Below are positions 27,883 through 35,964 of a stretch of DNA of 50,862 nucleotides, piece after piece. Each line of letters opens with the position of its first letter. Position 1 is the stretch's first letter. The notes under the pieces are model-generated. The model was not told where the DNA came from and searched no databases. It saw nothing but the letters and a program-made list of their open reading frames with translations. The stretch covers positions 1-50,862 of the forward strand of contig CAYUVU010000129.1 in NCBI GenBank assembly GCA_964448205.1, read 5' to 3'. The translations under genes and the position numbers were made by a program. Origin of the DNA: an uncultured Acidobacteriota bacterium (GTDB lineage Bacteria; Acidobacteriota; Vicinamibacteria; Marinacidobacterales; Marinacidobacteraceae).

Positions 27883-28965
27883 TCAGAGGAGCCGGTCAAC
27901 CCAGCCGTACGGGTCGGGGCGCCGCCCAAGGCGGATGCCCGTCAGCCGCTCGCGCAGCTCGTCCTGAACCGGCGTCGCTTCCGGCAGGCGGATCTCGACG
28001 CCGCCCCCGGTGAGCCGCGCCACCGGGGTCACCACCGCGGCGGTGCCCACCCCGAAACACTCGCGGAGGTCTCCCGCCGCCGACGCTTCGGCGACTTCTT
28101 CGATGGAGACGGACCGCTCGTCCACTCCGGTCCCCATCTGGTCGCGCAGCAGGCGGATCGCGCTGTCGCGGGTGACGCCCGGCAGGATCGTCCCTCCGAG
28201 CGGCGGCGTCACGACCCGGTCGCCGATGACGAACATCATGTTCATCGTGCCGCACTCCTCGATGAACCGGTGTTCCTTCGAGTCGAGCCACAGGACGTTG
28301 TCGCAGCCGTGCTCCCGGGCTTCCTTCATCCCGTAGTAGCTGGCCGAATAGTTCCCCGCCGCCTTCGCCTCGCCGATGCCCCCTTCCGCGGCCCGGATCC
28401 ACTTCCGGGTCACGTAGAGGCTCACCGAGCCCTCGTAGTAGGCCCCGACCGGCGCGGTCATGACGTGGAAGCGGTACTCCCGCGAGGGACTCACCCCGAT
28501 GTAGGGATCCGCGGCGAACAGGAAGGGGCGGATGTAGAGCGAGCCGAACTCGTTGGGGGGAATCCACTCCCGGTCGAGCCGGACGAGTTCGCGGATTCCC
28601 CCCAGGAAGATCTCCTCCGGAATCTCGGCCATCACCATCCGGCGCGCCGACCGGTTCATCCGCCGCCAGTTTGACTCGGGCCGGAAGAGCACCGGGACGC
28701 CGTCGTCGGTGAGGTGGGCCTTCATGCCTTCGAAGATGGCCTGCGCGTAGTGGAGGACGGCGGTCGCGGGGTGCAGCGCGAGGTCGCCGAACGGAACGAT
28801 CCGGGGGTCCTCCCAGACGCCGTCGCAGCAGCGCGCGGACAGCATGTGGTCGCTGTAGACCCGGCCGAAGGCGACGTTCGCGAGGTCCACCTCCGGAAGC
28901 CGGGACTCTCGGGCCCGCTCGATCGAGATGGGAGTGGTCGGGGCGGAAACGGGCGGCGGACTCAT
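27883..28965 (-). CDS. ilvE: Branched-chain amino acid aminotransferase
   Basis: Fold-type IV long form with HYAQAIFEGMKA, GEAKAAGNYSAS and ILPGVTR motifs. Confidence 0.95.
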   Translation of the reverse strand: MSPPPVSAPTTPISIERARESRLPEVDLANVAFGRVYSDHMLSARCCDGVWEDPRIVPFGDLALHPATAVLHYAQAIFEGMKAHLTDDGVPVLFRPESNWRRMNRSARRMVMAEIPEEIFLGGIRELVRLDREWIPPNEFGSLYIRPFLFAADPYIGVSPSREYRFHVMTAPVGAYYEGSVSLYVTRKWIRAAEGGIGEAKAAGNYSASYYGMKEAREHGCDNVLWLDSKEHRFIEECGTMNMMFVIGDRVVTPPLGGTILPGVTRDSAIRLLRDQMGTGVDERSVSIEEVAEASAAGDLRECFGVGTAAVVTPVARLTGGGVEIRLPEATPVQDELRERLTGIRLGRRPDPYGWVDRLL

Positions 28966-29002
28966 CGGCGCCGCATCCTAGCAGCCCCCGGGCCTCCCGG
29001 CC

Positions 29003-29018
29003 CCCGCGGATCCGCGGG
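29003..29018 (-). terminator. 16-nt perfect palindrome after the HupE-like gene
   Basis: CCCGCGGATCCGCGGG lies 4 nt after the stop at 29023. No U-tract follows. Confidence 0.3.
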
Positions 29019-29022
29019 CAGG

Positions 29023-30366
29023 TCAGGTGGAGTGCGCCGCTCCGCCCGTCCGGCGCCGCCGCACCACGACGACCACCCAACCGGCGACCCCGGCGAGCGC
29101 GAGGGGCCACAGGAACCACGACCACGAGGGCGGCGCTCCACCGGAGATCGCCCAGGCCCGCGAGAGCTCGGAGAAGCGGGACTCGAGCAGGTGCCACGCC
29201 GCGTGACCCCCGACCACCGAGAGCAGCGCGCTCACCGCGAACCGGGACCGGTCGGTGCCCGAGAGGAGGTGCAGGATCGGGATGGCGGCGAGGACCACCG
29301 CGGCCTGCCCGGCCTCCACCCCCAGGTTGAACGAGAAGAGCGCGAGTGGCAGGTGGTCCCCGGCGAAGGCGAGGGACTCGCCGAGTGCGAACGCGAAACC
29401 GAAACCGTGGAAGAGCCCGAAGACGAACGCCAGCACGGCGCGGCGGACGACGCTCGCCGAAATGAGGTTCTCGACGGCGGTGTAGAGGATCGAGAGCGCC
29501 ACCACGCCCTCGACGAGGGGGACGAACCAGAGCGCCTCGGGGGCATGGCCGAGCGCCGCGCTCACCAGGGTCACCGAGTGGGCCACCGTGAACCCCGTCA
29601 CCATGATCAGCAGGTGCTTGATCCGGGAGAGCTGCCCGAAGGGAGCGATGAGACAGATCAGGAACAGCAGGTGGTCCCAACCCGTGAGGATGTGCTCGAC
29701 GCCCGAACGCCCGAAGGCGAAGAACGCCTGGAACGGCGAGGGGTCGAGCGCCACCCTGCCCTCCCGGATGCTGATGTGGTAAAGGTTGCTCTTCCACTCC
29801 GCTTCGTTCGCTTCCCGGCGCTCGTAGAGCACGTCGAGGGCCACCCGGTCGCCGAAGCCAGGCGCCACGTTGCACTCGATCTCGACGCTGCCGTCGGCGG
29901 GCGCCGGATAGGTCAGATAGAAGTCCAGGAAGCCCTGGTTCCAGAACACCTGGGTGTCGGCCGGCAGCGGGTCGGAGAGCACCGTCTCGCGCGCCGCGTC
30001 GAACGACGTGAACGTGCGGTCCCAAGGCAGGGCGACCCGGTACGCCTCGACGGTGGGCGGCAGCGGACTGCCGTTCGGATGGAAGAGGGGCGCTTCCGAA
30101 GCGAAGAGTTCCCCCGCCCGGCGCAGCACCGGATCCGCGCGCTCGAAGTCGAGATAGCCGGCGCCCCACTTGGGGACGTTCAGCGAGAGCAGCAGCAGCA
30201 GCGGAACCCGGGCGACGAGGTGCAGTTCGCCGTCCGCCTCCCGCACGAAGACCGGAATCCGGATCTCGTCGGGGATGTCGTGCGGCGCCGCCGGCCGGGG
30301 CGCCGCGGTCAGGGCGAAGAGGGAGAGGGCCAGCAGCGCGGCCACGCTCCGGGTGCGCTTCGCCAT
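29023..30366 (-). CDS. HupE/UreJ-family membrane protein with a large N-terminal periplasmic extension
   Basis: Signal peptide, then about 210 aa of soluble sequence. This is followed by GVEHILTGWDHLLFLICL..., FGLFHGFGFA and multiple TM segments (HupE/UreJ type 2 pattern). Confidence 0.75.
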   Translation of the reverse strand: MAKRTRSVAALLALSLFALTAAPRPAAPHDIPDEIRIPVFVREADGELHLVARVPLLLLLSLNVPKWGAGYLDFERADPVLRRAGELFASEAPLFHPNGSPLPPTVEAYRVALPWDRTFTSFDAARETVLSDPLPADTQVFWNQGFLDFYLTYPAPADGSVEIECNVAPGFGDRVALDVLYERREANEAEWKSNLYHISIREGRVALDPSPFQAFFAFGRSGVEHILTGWDHLLFLICLIAPFGQLSRIKHLLIMVTGFTVAHSVTLVSAALGHAPEALWFVPLVEGVVALSILYTAVENLISASVVRRAVLAFVFGLFHGFGFAFALGESLAFAGDHLPLALFSFNLGVEAGQAAVVLAAIPILHLLSGTDRSRFAVSALLSVVGGHAAWHLLESRFSELSRAWAISGGAPPSWSWFLWPLALAGVAGWVVVVVRRRRTGGAAHST

Positions 30367-30478
30367 GCTCCGATCAGTCCCTGGGGTGACGCCGGGCCAC
30401 GCGGGAACCCGGCGCCCGCGCAGCGCCGGGATTCCCGGAATCCGATCTGTGGTCAGTGACTGGTGATCGCGTCCGGAA

Positions 30479-31639
30479 TCAGTGGACGTGACCCGAGTGG
30501 TCCACCACGAACTTCTGCGCCCGGCGTCCCTGGTTCACCTCCGCCGTGTAGAAGTTGCCTTCCGAGTCCACGACGAGGTTGTGGACCCAGTGGAACTGGC
30601 CCGCGTTACGTCCGCGGCGGCCAAAATAGGTCTCGATCTCCAGGGAGGCCCGGTGGATGATGTGGATCCGCTGGTTCTGGCCGTCGGCGTTGTAGAGATC
30701 GACCTGATCGTCGTCCGGCGAGAGTTCGAGGTCCCAGGTCGAGCCGTTGCCGAGGCTGTTCCCCTCCACGATCATTTCGTCCACGTAGGTGCCGTCCTTC
30801 TCGAACACCTGGATCCGGTTGTTGACCCGGTCGGCCACGTACACCATGCCGTCGTTCGAGATCCGCACCGCGTGGACGGGCGTCCGGAACTGCTGGATGG
30901 GTTCCGAACCGGGAACGAACGGACCGGTGTCCTCGTCGGACGGCTCGTTTCCGTAGGCTCCCCAGTGGCGCAGGTACTCGCCCGTCTCGGCGTCGAAGAC
31001 GATGACGCGCTTGTTCAGGTACCCGTCGGCGATGTAGAGCTCGTTGGTCTCGGGGTCCACTTCCATGTCCGCGGGCTGGCCGAGGAACTCCGTGCTGTTG
31101 CTTCCCTCGGTGCGGCCCGCCTGTCCGATCTGAAGCACGAAGGTGCCGTCCCCGCTGAACTTGAGGACCTGGTGGTCGTCGGGCCCGTTGCCCGCGAGCC
31201 AGACGTAGCCCAGGTGGTCCACGAAGATGCCGTGCTCGCTGGCGGGCCACTCGTAGCCTTCGCCCGGATAGCCGGTCTGGTCTCCCCAACTGTCGAGGAG
31301 GTTCCCGTCAGCGTCGAACTTGAGCACCGGTGGAGCCGGGATGCAGCACGCGGAGAGCGGCGGATCCTGCACCAGCCCGGCTTCGTCCGCGTTCAGGCTG
31401 CGCGGACGCTGGACCAGCCAGATGTGGTCGTTCATGTCCACCGCGATTCCGGAGACCTCGCCTATCAGCCAGTCCTCGGGAAGCATGGGCCAGTGCGGGT
31501 CCACCTCGGGCGGCTCGGAGTGCTCGAGATGCGGGTCGGCGAGCGGCGCGCCGCTGGTCCGTTCGCCCGGGGCCTGACAGCCGACGGCGAACGCCATCCC
31601 CAGAACCAACAGCAACAGGGTCAGATTCTTGGTCTTCAT
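30479..31639 (-). CDS. NHL-repeat beta-propeller lipoprotein (peptidyl-alpha-hydroxyglycine alpha-amidating lyase-like), paralogue 1
   Basis: Lipobox FAVGC. NHL-type repeats are YIADGYLNKRVIVFD, VYVADRVNNRIQVFEKDG and FYTAEVNQGRRAQKF. A GGAGAAAG SD is present. Confidence 0.85.
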   Translation of the reverse strand: MKTKNLTLLLLVLGMAFAVGCQAPGERTSGAPLADPHLEHSEPPEVDPHWPMLPEDWLIGEVSGIAVDMNDHIWLVQRPRSLNADEAGLVQDPPLSACCIPAPPVLKFDADGNLLDSWGDQTGYPGEGYEWPASEHGIFVDHLGYVWLAGNGPDDHQVLKFSGDGTFVLQIGQAGRTEGSNSTEFLGQPADMEVDPETNELYIADGYLNKRVIVFDAETGEYLRHWGAYGNEPSDEDTGPFVPGSEPIQQFRTPVHAVRISNDGMVYVADRVNNRIQVFEKDGTYVDEMIVEGNSLGNGSTWDLELSPDDDQVDLYNADGQNQRIHIIHRASLEIETYFGRRGRNAGQFHWVHNLVVDSEGNFYTAEVNQGRRAQKFVVDHSGHVH

Positions 31640-31708
31640 CGCTTTCTCCCGGAGCCGCAGCCCCGACGGGTATCGGTTCCCGGCGCCGCTACGGCGCCAA
31701 ACCGAATG

Positions 31709-31736
31709 AGTGTACGGGAACCCCCGCCCGCGGCAA
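31709..31736 (-). promoter_or_regulatory. Candidate promoter TTGCCG-N16-TACACT for NHL paralogue 1
   Basis: The rc of 31731..31736 is TTGCCG and the rc of 31709..31714 is TACACT. The 14-nt GTTCCCGTACACTC box recurs upstream of paralogue 2 (33022..33035) at the same distance (70 vs 71 nt) from its ATG. Confidence 0.4.
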
Positions 31737-31765
31737 AACCGCGCGCCAGCGCCCGCAGCGCTAGC
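31734..31765 (-). terminator. Rho-independent-like terminator after NHL paralogue 2
   Basis: Gene strand: GCTAGCGC-tgcgg-GCGCTGGC, then GCGCGGTTTTG. There is one mismatch in the 8-bp stem and a short U-tract. Confidence 0.45.
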
Positions 31766-31803
31766 GGCGTGGTTCCGGCCCGGGGTTTCCCGCGGTCATC
31801 CCG

Positions 31804-32952
31804 CTAACGGCTCACCGCGAACTTCTGCGCCCGGCGGCCGGTGTTCACCTCGGCCGTGTAGAAGTTGCCCATGGAGTCCACCACCACGTTGTGGACCCAG
31901 TGGAACTGTCCCGAGTAGCGCCCGCGCCGTCCGAAGAAGGTCTCGACCTCCAGTGCGGCCCGGTCGATGACGTGGATCCGCTGGTTGGTTCCGTCGGCGT
32001 TGTAGAGGTCGGACTGCCCCTCGTCCGGCGACAGCTCGAGGTCCCAGGTGGAGCCGGCCCCCAGCGTGTTGCCCTCGACGATCATCTCGTCCACGTAGGT
32101 CCCGTCCTTCTCGAACACCTGGATCCGGTTGTTCACCCGGTCGGCCACGTACACCATGCCGTCGGTCGCGATGCGGACCGCGTGCACCGGGGTGCGGAAC
32201 TGCTGGATCGGTTCCATCCCGGGCTCGAAGGCGCCCGTGTCCTCGTCCGAGGGTTCGTTGCCGTAGGCGCCCCAGTGGCGCAGGTATTCCCCGGTCTCGG
32301 CGTTGAAGACGATGATCCGCTTGTTCAGGTAGCCGTCGGCGATGTAGAGCTCGTTGGTCTCCGGGTCGACCTCGAGGTCCGCGGGCTGTCCGAGGAACTC
32401 GGTGCTGTTGCTGCCCTCGGTACGGCCCGCCTGCCCGATCTGCATCACGAAGGTCCCGTCCCCGCTGAACTTGAGCACCTGATGGTCGTCCGGGCCGTTG
32501 CCCGCGAACCACACGTATCCCAGGTGGTCCACGAAGATGCCGTGTTCGGTGGCGGGCCACTCGTAGCCCTCGCCCTGGTAGCCGTTCGCGTCGCCCCAAC
32601 TGTCGAGCAGGTTCCCGTCGGTGTCGAACTTGAGCACCGGCGGCGCCGCGTTGCAACACGCCGAGACCGGCGGGTCCTGCGCGAGTCCCGTCTCGTCGGC
32701 GTTCAGGCTGCGGGGGCGATGAACGAGCCAGATGTTGTCGTCGAGGTCCACCGCGATCCCGCCGACCTCCCCGATCAGCCAGTCGTCGGGAAGCCGGGGC
32801 CAGGTCGGGTCGGCCACCGGGGTCGCGGCCCGCCCGCCTTCCGGATCGGAGGCCGTCGGCGCTCCGCCCGCCGTCTCTCCCGGCGGCTCGCAGCCGATGG
32901 CGGCCGCCAGCCCGAGAAGCATCAGTCCGGTCGTCAGCGTCTTCGTTTCCAT
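31804..32952 (-). CDS. NHL-repeat beta-propeller lipoprotein, paralogue 2
   Basis: Lipobox AAIGC. It is collinear with paralogue 1 and shares long identical peptide runs, e.g. GPDDHQVLKFSGDGTFV, GQAGRTEGSNSTEFLGQPAD and VYVADRVNNRIQVFEKDGTYVDEMIVEGN. Confidence 0.85.
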   Translation of the reverse strand: METKTLTTGLMLLGLAAAIGCEPPGETAGGAPTASDPEGGRAATPVADPTWPRLPDDWLIGEVGGIAVDLDDNIWLVHRPRSLNADETGLAQDPPVSACCNAAPPVLKFDTDGNLLDSWGDANGYQGEGYEWPATEHGIFVDHLGYVWFAGNGPDDHQVLKFSGDGTFVMQIGQAGRTEGSNSTEFLGQPADLEVDPETNELYIADGYLNKRIIVFNAETGEYLRHWGAYGNEPSDEDTGAFEPGMEPIQQFRTPVHAVRIATDGMVYVADRVNNRIQVFEKDGTYVDEMIVEGNTLGAGSTWDLELSPDEGQSDLYNADGTNQRIHVIDRAALEVETFFGRRGRYSGQFHWVHNVVVDSMGNFYTAEVNTGRRAQKFAVSR

Positions 32953-33044
32953 GTCTCCCTCCCCGGAGCCGTCCCCCGGCGGATGGGAGCGGCGGGAGCG
33001 GCTCGCGTTGCCTTGGCGAGCGAGTGTACGGGAACTGCCGGCGG

Positions 33045-35960
33045 TCAGCGACCGCCTCCCAGCGCCTCGATCACCGCATCGTGAAACGCCGGCCGGAGCC
33101 GGAAGATCCCGTTGTTCTCGCGCGTCGGAAAGACCCGGTTCGTGAGCAGGACCGCAAAGAGCTCGCGTTCCGGATCGACCCAGATCGAGGTGCCGGTGAA
33201 GCCGGTATGCCCGAAGGACGAGGCCGAGAAATGATCGCCCGCGGAGGACGGGCCGCCGGACGATGACCGGGACGGGGTGTCCCAGCCGAGCGCCCGGCTG
33301 CTACCGGGGGCGAGCCCCGCGCGTGTCGTGAACCGGGCGATGGTGCCCGCGCGGAGCAGCCGCTCCCCGTTCATGGATCCCCCGTTCAGGAGCATCTGGA
33401 GGAAGACCCCGAGATCGCCGGTCGTGCTGAAGAGACCCGCGTGCGCCGCCACTTCGCCCAGGACGACCGTGTTCTCGTCGTGGACCTGTCCCCGAACCAC
33501 CCGGCCGCGCCACGGGTTGTCCTCGGTCGGCGCGATGCGATCGAGCCATTCCGCCGGCGGCCGGTACCGGGTGGTCGTCATGCCCAGCGGATCGAAGATG
33601 CGCTCCCGGCCGAGAACGTCCAGCGCCTTGCCGGAGACCCGCTCGATGATCTCCCCGAGCAGCAGGATGCCGTTGTCCGAGTACACGGTGTCCGTCCGCG
33701 GTTCGTAGTCGGAGTCCGCCCCCAGGATCCGGTCGAAGACCATCCGGCGCGCGTCCCCCGGCGGCAGGCCCCGCGCCTCGGGATCGAACTCCAGGTAGAA
33801 CTGGATCCACGCCGGTAGCCCCGAAGAGTGGGCGAGGAGGTCCGTGACGGTGACGCCGGCCCTCCGCAGGCGCTCCTCGTCCGAAGGCGCCCGGTCGAGG
33901 AACTCGGGCAGGTAGGCGCTCACCGGAAGCGAAATGTCCAGGGCGCCCTCCTCCACCAGCATCATCACCAGGGTGGTGGTGCCGACGACCTTGGTCAGGG
34001 ACGCGAGGTCGTAGATCGTCTCCGGGGACACCGCGGGCGCGCCCTCGTCGTAGGTCAGCCGGCCGAAGCCCTCCTGGAGCAGCACCCTGCCCCGGTGCGC
34101 CACGAGCGCGCTCGCTCCCGGCGTCACGCCGTTCGCGATCGCCTCCTCGATCACCGCGCGGATGTTCTCGACGCCTTCGGGACTCATGCCGACCTCCCCG
34201 GGTTCGACCGGGCGGAGCCGCTGGCGCTCCGCCTGCTGGGAAACCCCCGCTCCCGCGGGCTGCCCCTCGAGCGGGACCGGCAGGCGTCCTTCCAGGGCGC
34301 TCTCCCCGAAGAGCGCCGCCGCCGCGGCTTCCTGGTTCTCCCGCGCCCCGTCCCAGGCGAGCAGGATTCCCGCCTCCGGGGGCGCGTTGCGGACACCGTG
34401 CGGGTTGCCGAAGGAGACGGCGAGGAGCTTCTCCGCGAAGGGGGTGACCGCATGCAGCAACTCCTCCGGCATCTCGAGGCCGTTCTTCCGGAAATCGGCG
34501 ATCACCACCGCGTCAGCCCGCTCGGCCTCCCGGGCGAACCGCGCCAGCGGCAGGGCGCCGTGGCGGGTCGTGGGAATCCTCGCCGCCAGCGCCCCGCGCC
34601 GCCGGAGCGCGCCGCGGAAGTGGCGGCGGTCCGGCTCGTAGGGCCCTTCCTGGTGGACCTCGACGAGGAGGAGTCCGGGGGTCCGCTCGGACCGTCCCGA
34701 GTTCGCTCCGGTGATCCGCGTGGACCAGGGAACGAGTCCCTCCGGGTCGCGCACCAGGGTCAGCCCGCGGGCGAAGAGCGGCGCCGCGAGGTCGCGGGCC
34801 GCCGGATCGCCGAACGCCTCGGCGAGCGGCTCGGGCGGAGTGCGGTCGTCGAACAGGCCGAGACGCGCCTTCGCCTCCAGCACCCGCAGGACCGCGTCGT
34901 CGAGACGCGCCTCCTCGAGCCGGCCCGCGCGCACCGCGCGGACGAGCGCTCCGTGCGCCACCACCGGGTCCCGGGGCACCAGGATCACGTCCACCCCGGC
35001 CCCGAGCGCGAGCGCCGCGACCTCTCCGTCGAAGCGGCCGGCGCGGGCGCCCTCCATCTCCAGGGCGTCGCTCACCACGAGTCCGGCGAAACCCATCTCC
35101 GAGCGGAGCACGCCGTCGAGGATCTCCGGCGACAACACGGCCGGCCGGTCGTCCCGGCCGTCGAGCGCCGGCACCGCCAGGTGCCCGGGCATGACCGCCG
35201 AGACTCCCGCCTCCACGGCCGCCCGGAAGGGAGCGAGGTCCACCGCCTCCAGGTGCGCCCGGTCCGCGGGCACGAGGGCGAGCCCGTGGTGGGAGTCCGT
35301 TCCGGTGCCGCCGTGCCCGGGAAAGTGCTTGGCGGTGGACAGCGCCCCGCCGGCTTCGACGCCGCGCAGGAACGCGACCCCGAGCTCCGCCGCGAGATCC
35401 GGGTCCGAGCCGAAGGAACGCGTCCCGATCACCGCGCTCGAGGCGCTCTGCAGGACATCCAGAACCGGGGCCAGGACAAGGTGGACGCCCACCGCCCGCG
35501 CCTCCCGCGCCACGATCCGGCCCTGCCGCTCGAGCGCCGCGGGATCGGGCGCCGCGGCCAACTGCATGGCCGGAGGGAACCGGGTGCCGCCCGCCGTGCG
35601 CATGGGAGTTCCCCATTCGTAGTCGGCGGCCACCAGCACCGGGAGCGGCGCCGCGTCCTGGAGGGCCGTGGTGATCTCGCGCGTTCCCTCCGGGCTGCCC
35701 GCGAACACCACCACCCCGCCCAGCCGGCCGGCCGCGGCCATCTCGAGCAGCTCCCGGCGCCCGGGATCGGCCGCGTTCGTGAACTCCGCCGGCGCCCGGG
35801 GCATCAGCACCTGCCCCACTTTCTCCTCGAGCGTCAGGCCCGGGAGGACCTGCCGCACCGTCTCGCGGGGTTGATCCCCACTCCAGGCAGGCGAAGCCAG
35901 CAGCAGGAGCCAGGCCCAGCCATGCCGGGCCAGCGCGCCGCCGCTCAGGCGCCGTTGCAT
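33045..35960 (-). CDS. Fusion protein: GH3 beta-N-acetylhexosaminidase (NagZ-like) N-terminal half plus beta-lactamase-fold serine hydrolase C-terminal half
   Basis: GH3 half: KHFPGHGGTGTDSH and VVSDALEM. Serine hydrolase half: ASLTKV (SxxK), YSDN (YxN) and GHTGFTG. Signal peptide MQRRLSGGALARHGWAWLLLLASPAWSG starts from ATG 35960. Confidence 0.85.
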   Translation of the reverse strand: MQRRLSGGALARHGWAWLLLLASPAWSGDQPRETVRQVLPGLTLEEKVGQVLMPRAPAEFTNAADPGRRELLEMAAAGRLGGVVVFAGSPEGTREITTALQDAAPLPVLVAADYEWGTPMRTAGGTRFPPAMQLAAAPDPAALERQGRIVAREARAVGVHLVLAPVLDVLQSASSAVIGTRSFGSDPDLAAELGVAFLRGVEAGGALSTAKHFPGHGGTGTDSHHGLALVPADRAHLEAVDLAPFRAAVEAGVSAVMPGHLAVPALDGRDDRPAVLSPEILDGVLRSEMGFAGLVVSDALEMEGARAGRFDGEVAALALGAGVDVILVPRDPVVAHGALVRAVRAGRLEEARLDDAVLRVLEAKARLGLFDDRTPPEPLAEAFGDPAARDLAAPLFARGLTLVRDPEGLVPWSTRITGANSGRSERTPGLLLVEVHQEGPYEPDRRHFRGALRRRGALAARIPTTRHGALPLARFAREAERADAVVIADFRKNGLEMPEELLHAVTPFAEKLLAVSFGNPHGVRNAPPEAGILLAWDGARENQEAAAAALFGESALEGRLPVPLEGQPAGAGVSQQAERQRLRPVEPGEVGMSPEGVENIRAVIEEAIANGVTPGASALVAHRGRVLLQEGFGRLTYDEGAPAVSPETIYDLASLTKVVGTTTLVMMLVEEGALDISLPVSAYLPEFLDRAPSDEERLRRAGVTVTDLLAHSSGLPAWIQFYLEFDPEARGLPPGDARRMVFDRILGADSDYEPRTDTVYSDNGILLLGEIIERVSGKALDVLGRERIFDPLGMTTTRYRPPAEWLDRIAPTEDNPWRGRVVRGQVHDENTVVLGEVAAHAGLFSTTGDLGVFLQMLLNGGSMNGERLLRAGTIARFTTRAGLAPGSSRALGWDTPSRSSSGGPSSAGDHFSASSFGHTGFTGTSIWVDPERELFAVLLTNRVFPTRENNGIFRLRPAFHDAVIEALGGGR

Positions 35961-35964
35961 CCGT

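Larger units (their letters stand above)
30479..33035 (-). repeat. Tandem duplication (two gene-plus-promoter units)
   Basis: The two CDSs are alignable end to end at the DNA level with long near-identical stretches. The N-terminal ~45 codons and the leaders diverge, except for the conserved 14-nt box. Confidence 0.85.

Noticed and set aside
30367-30478. The palindrome CCGGGAtTCCCGG and the duplicated CCGGAATC words between the HupE-like and NHL genes, as a regulatory site or terminator.
   Set aside because: It is a short GC palindrome of a kind frequent in this genome. No U-tract follows, and there is no second copy at the paralogous position downstream of the other NHL gene.
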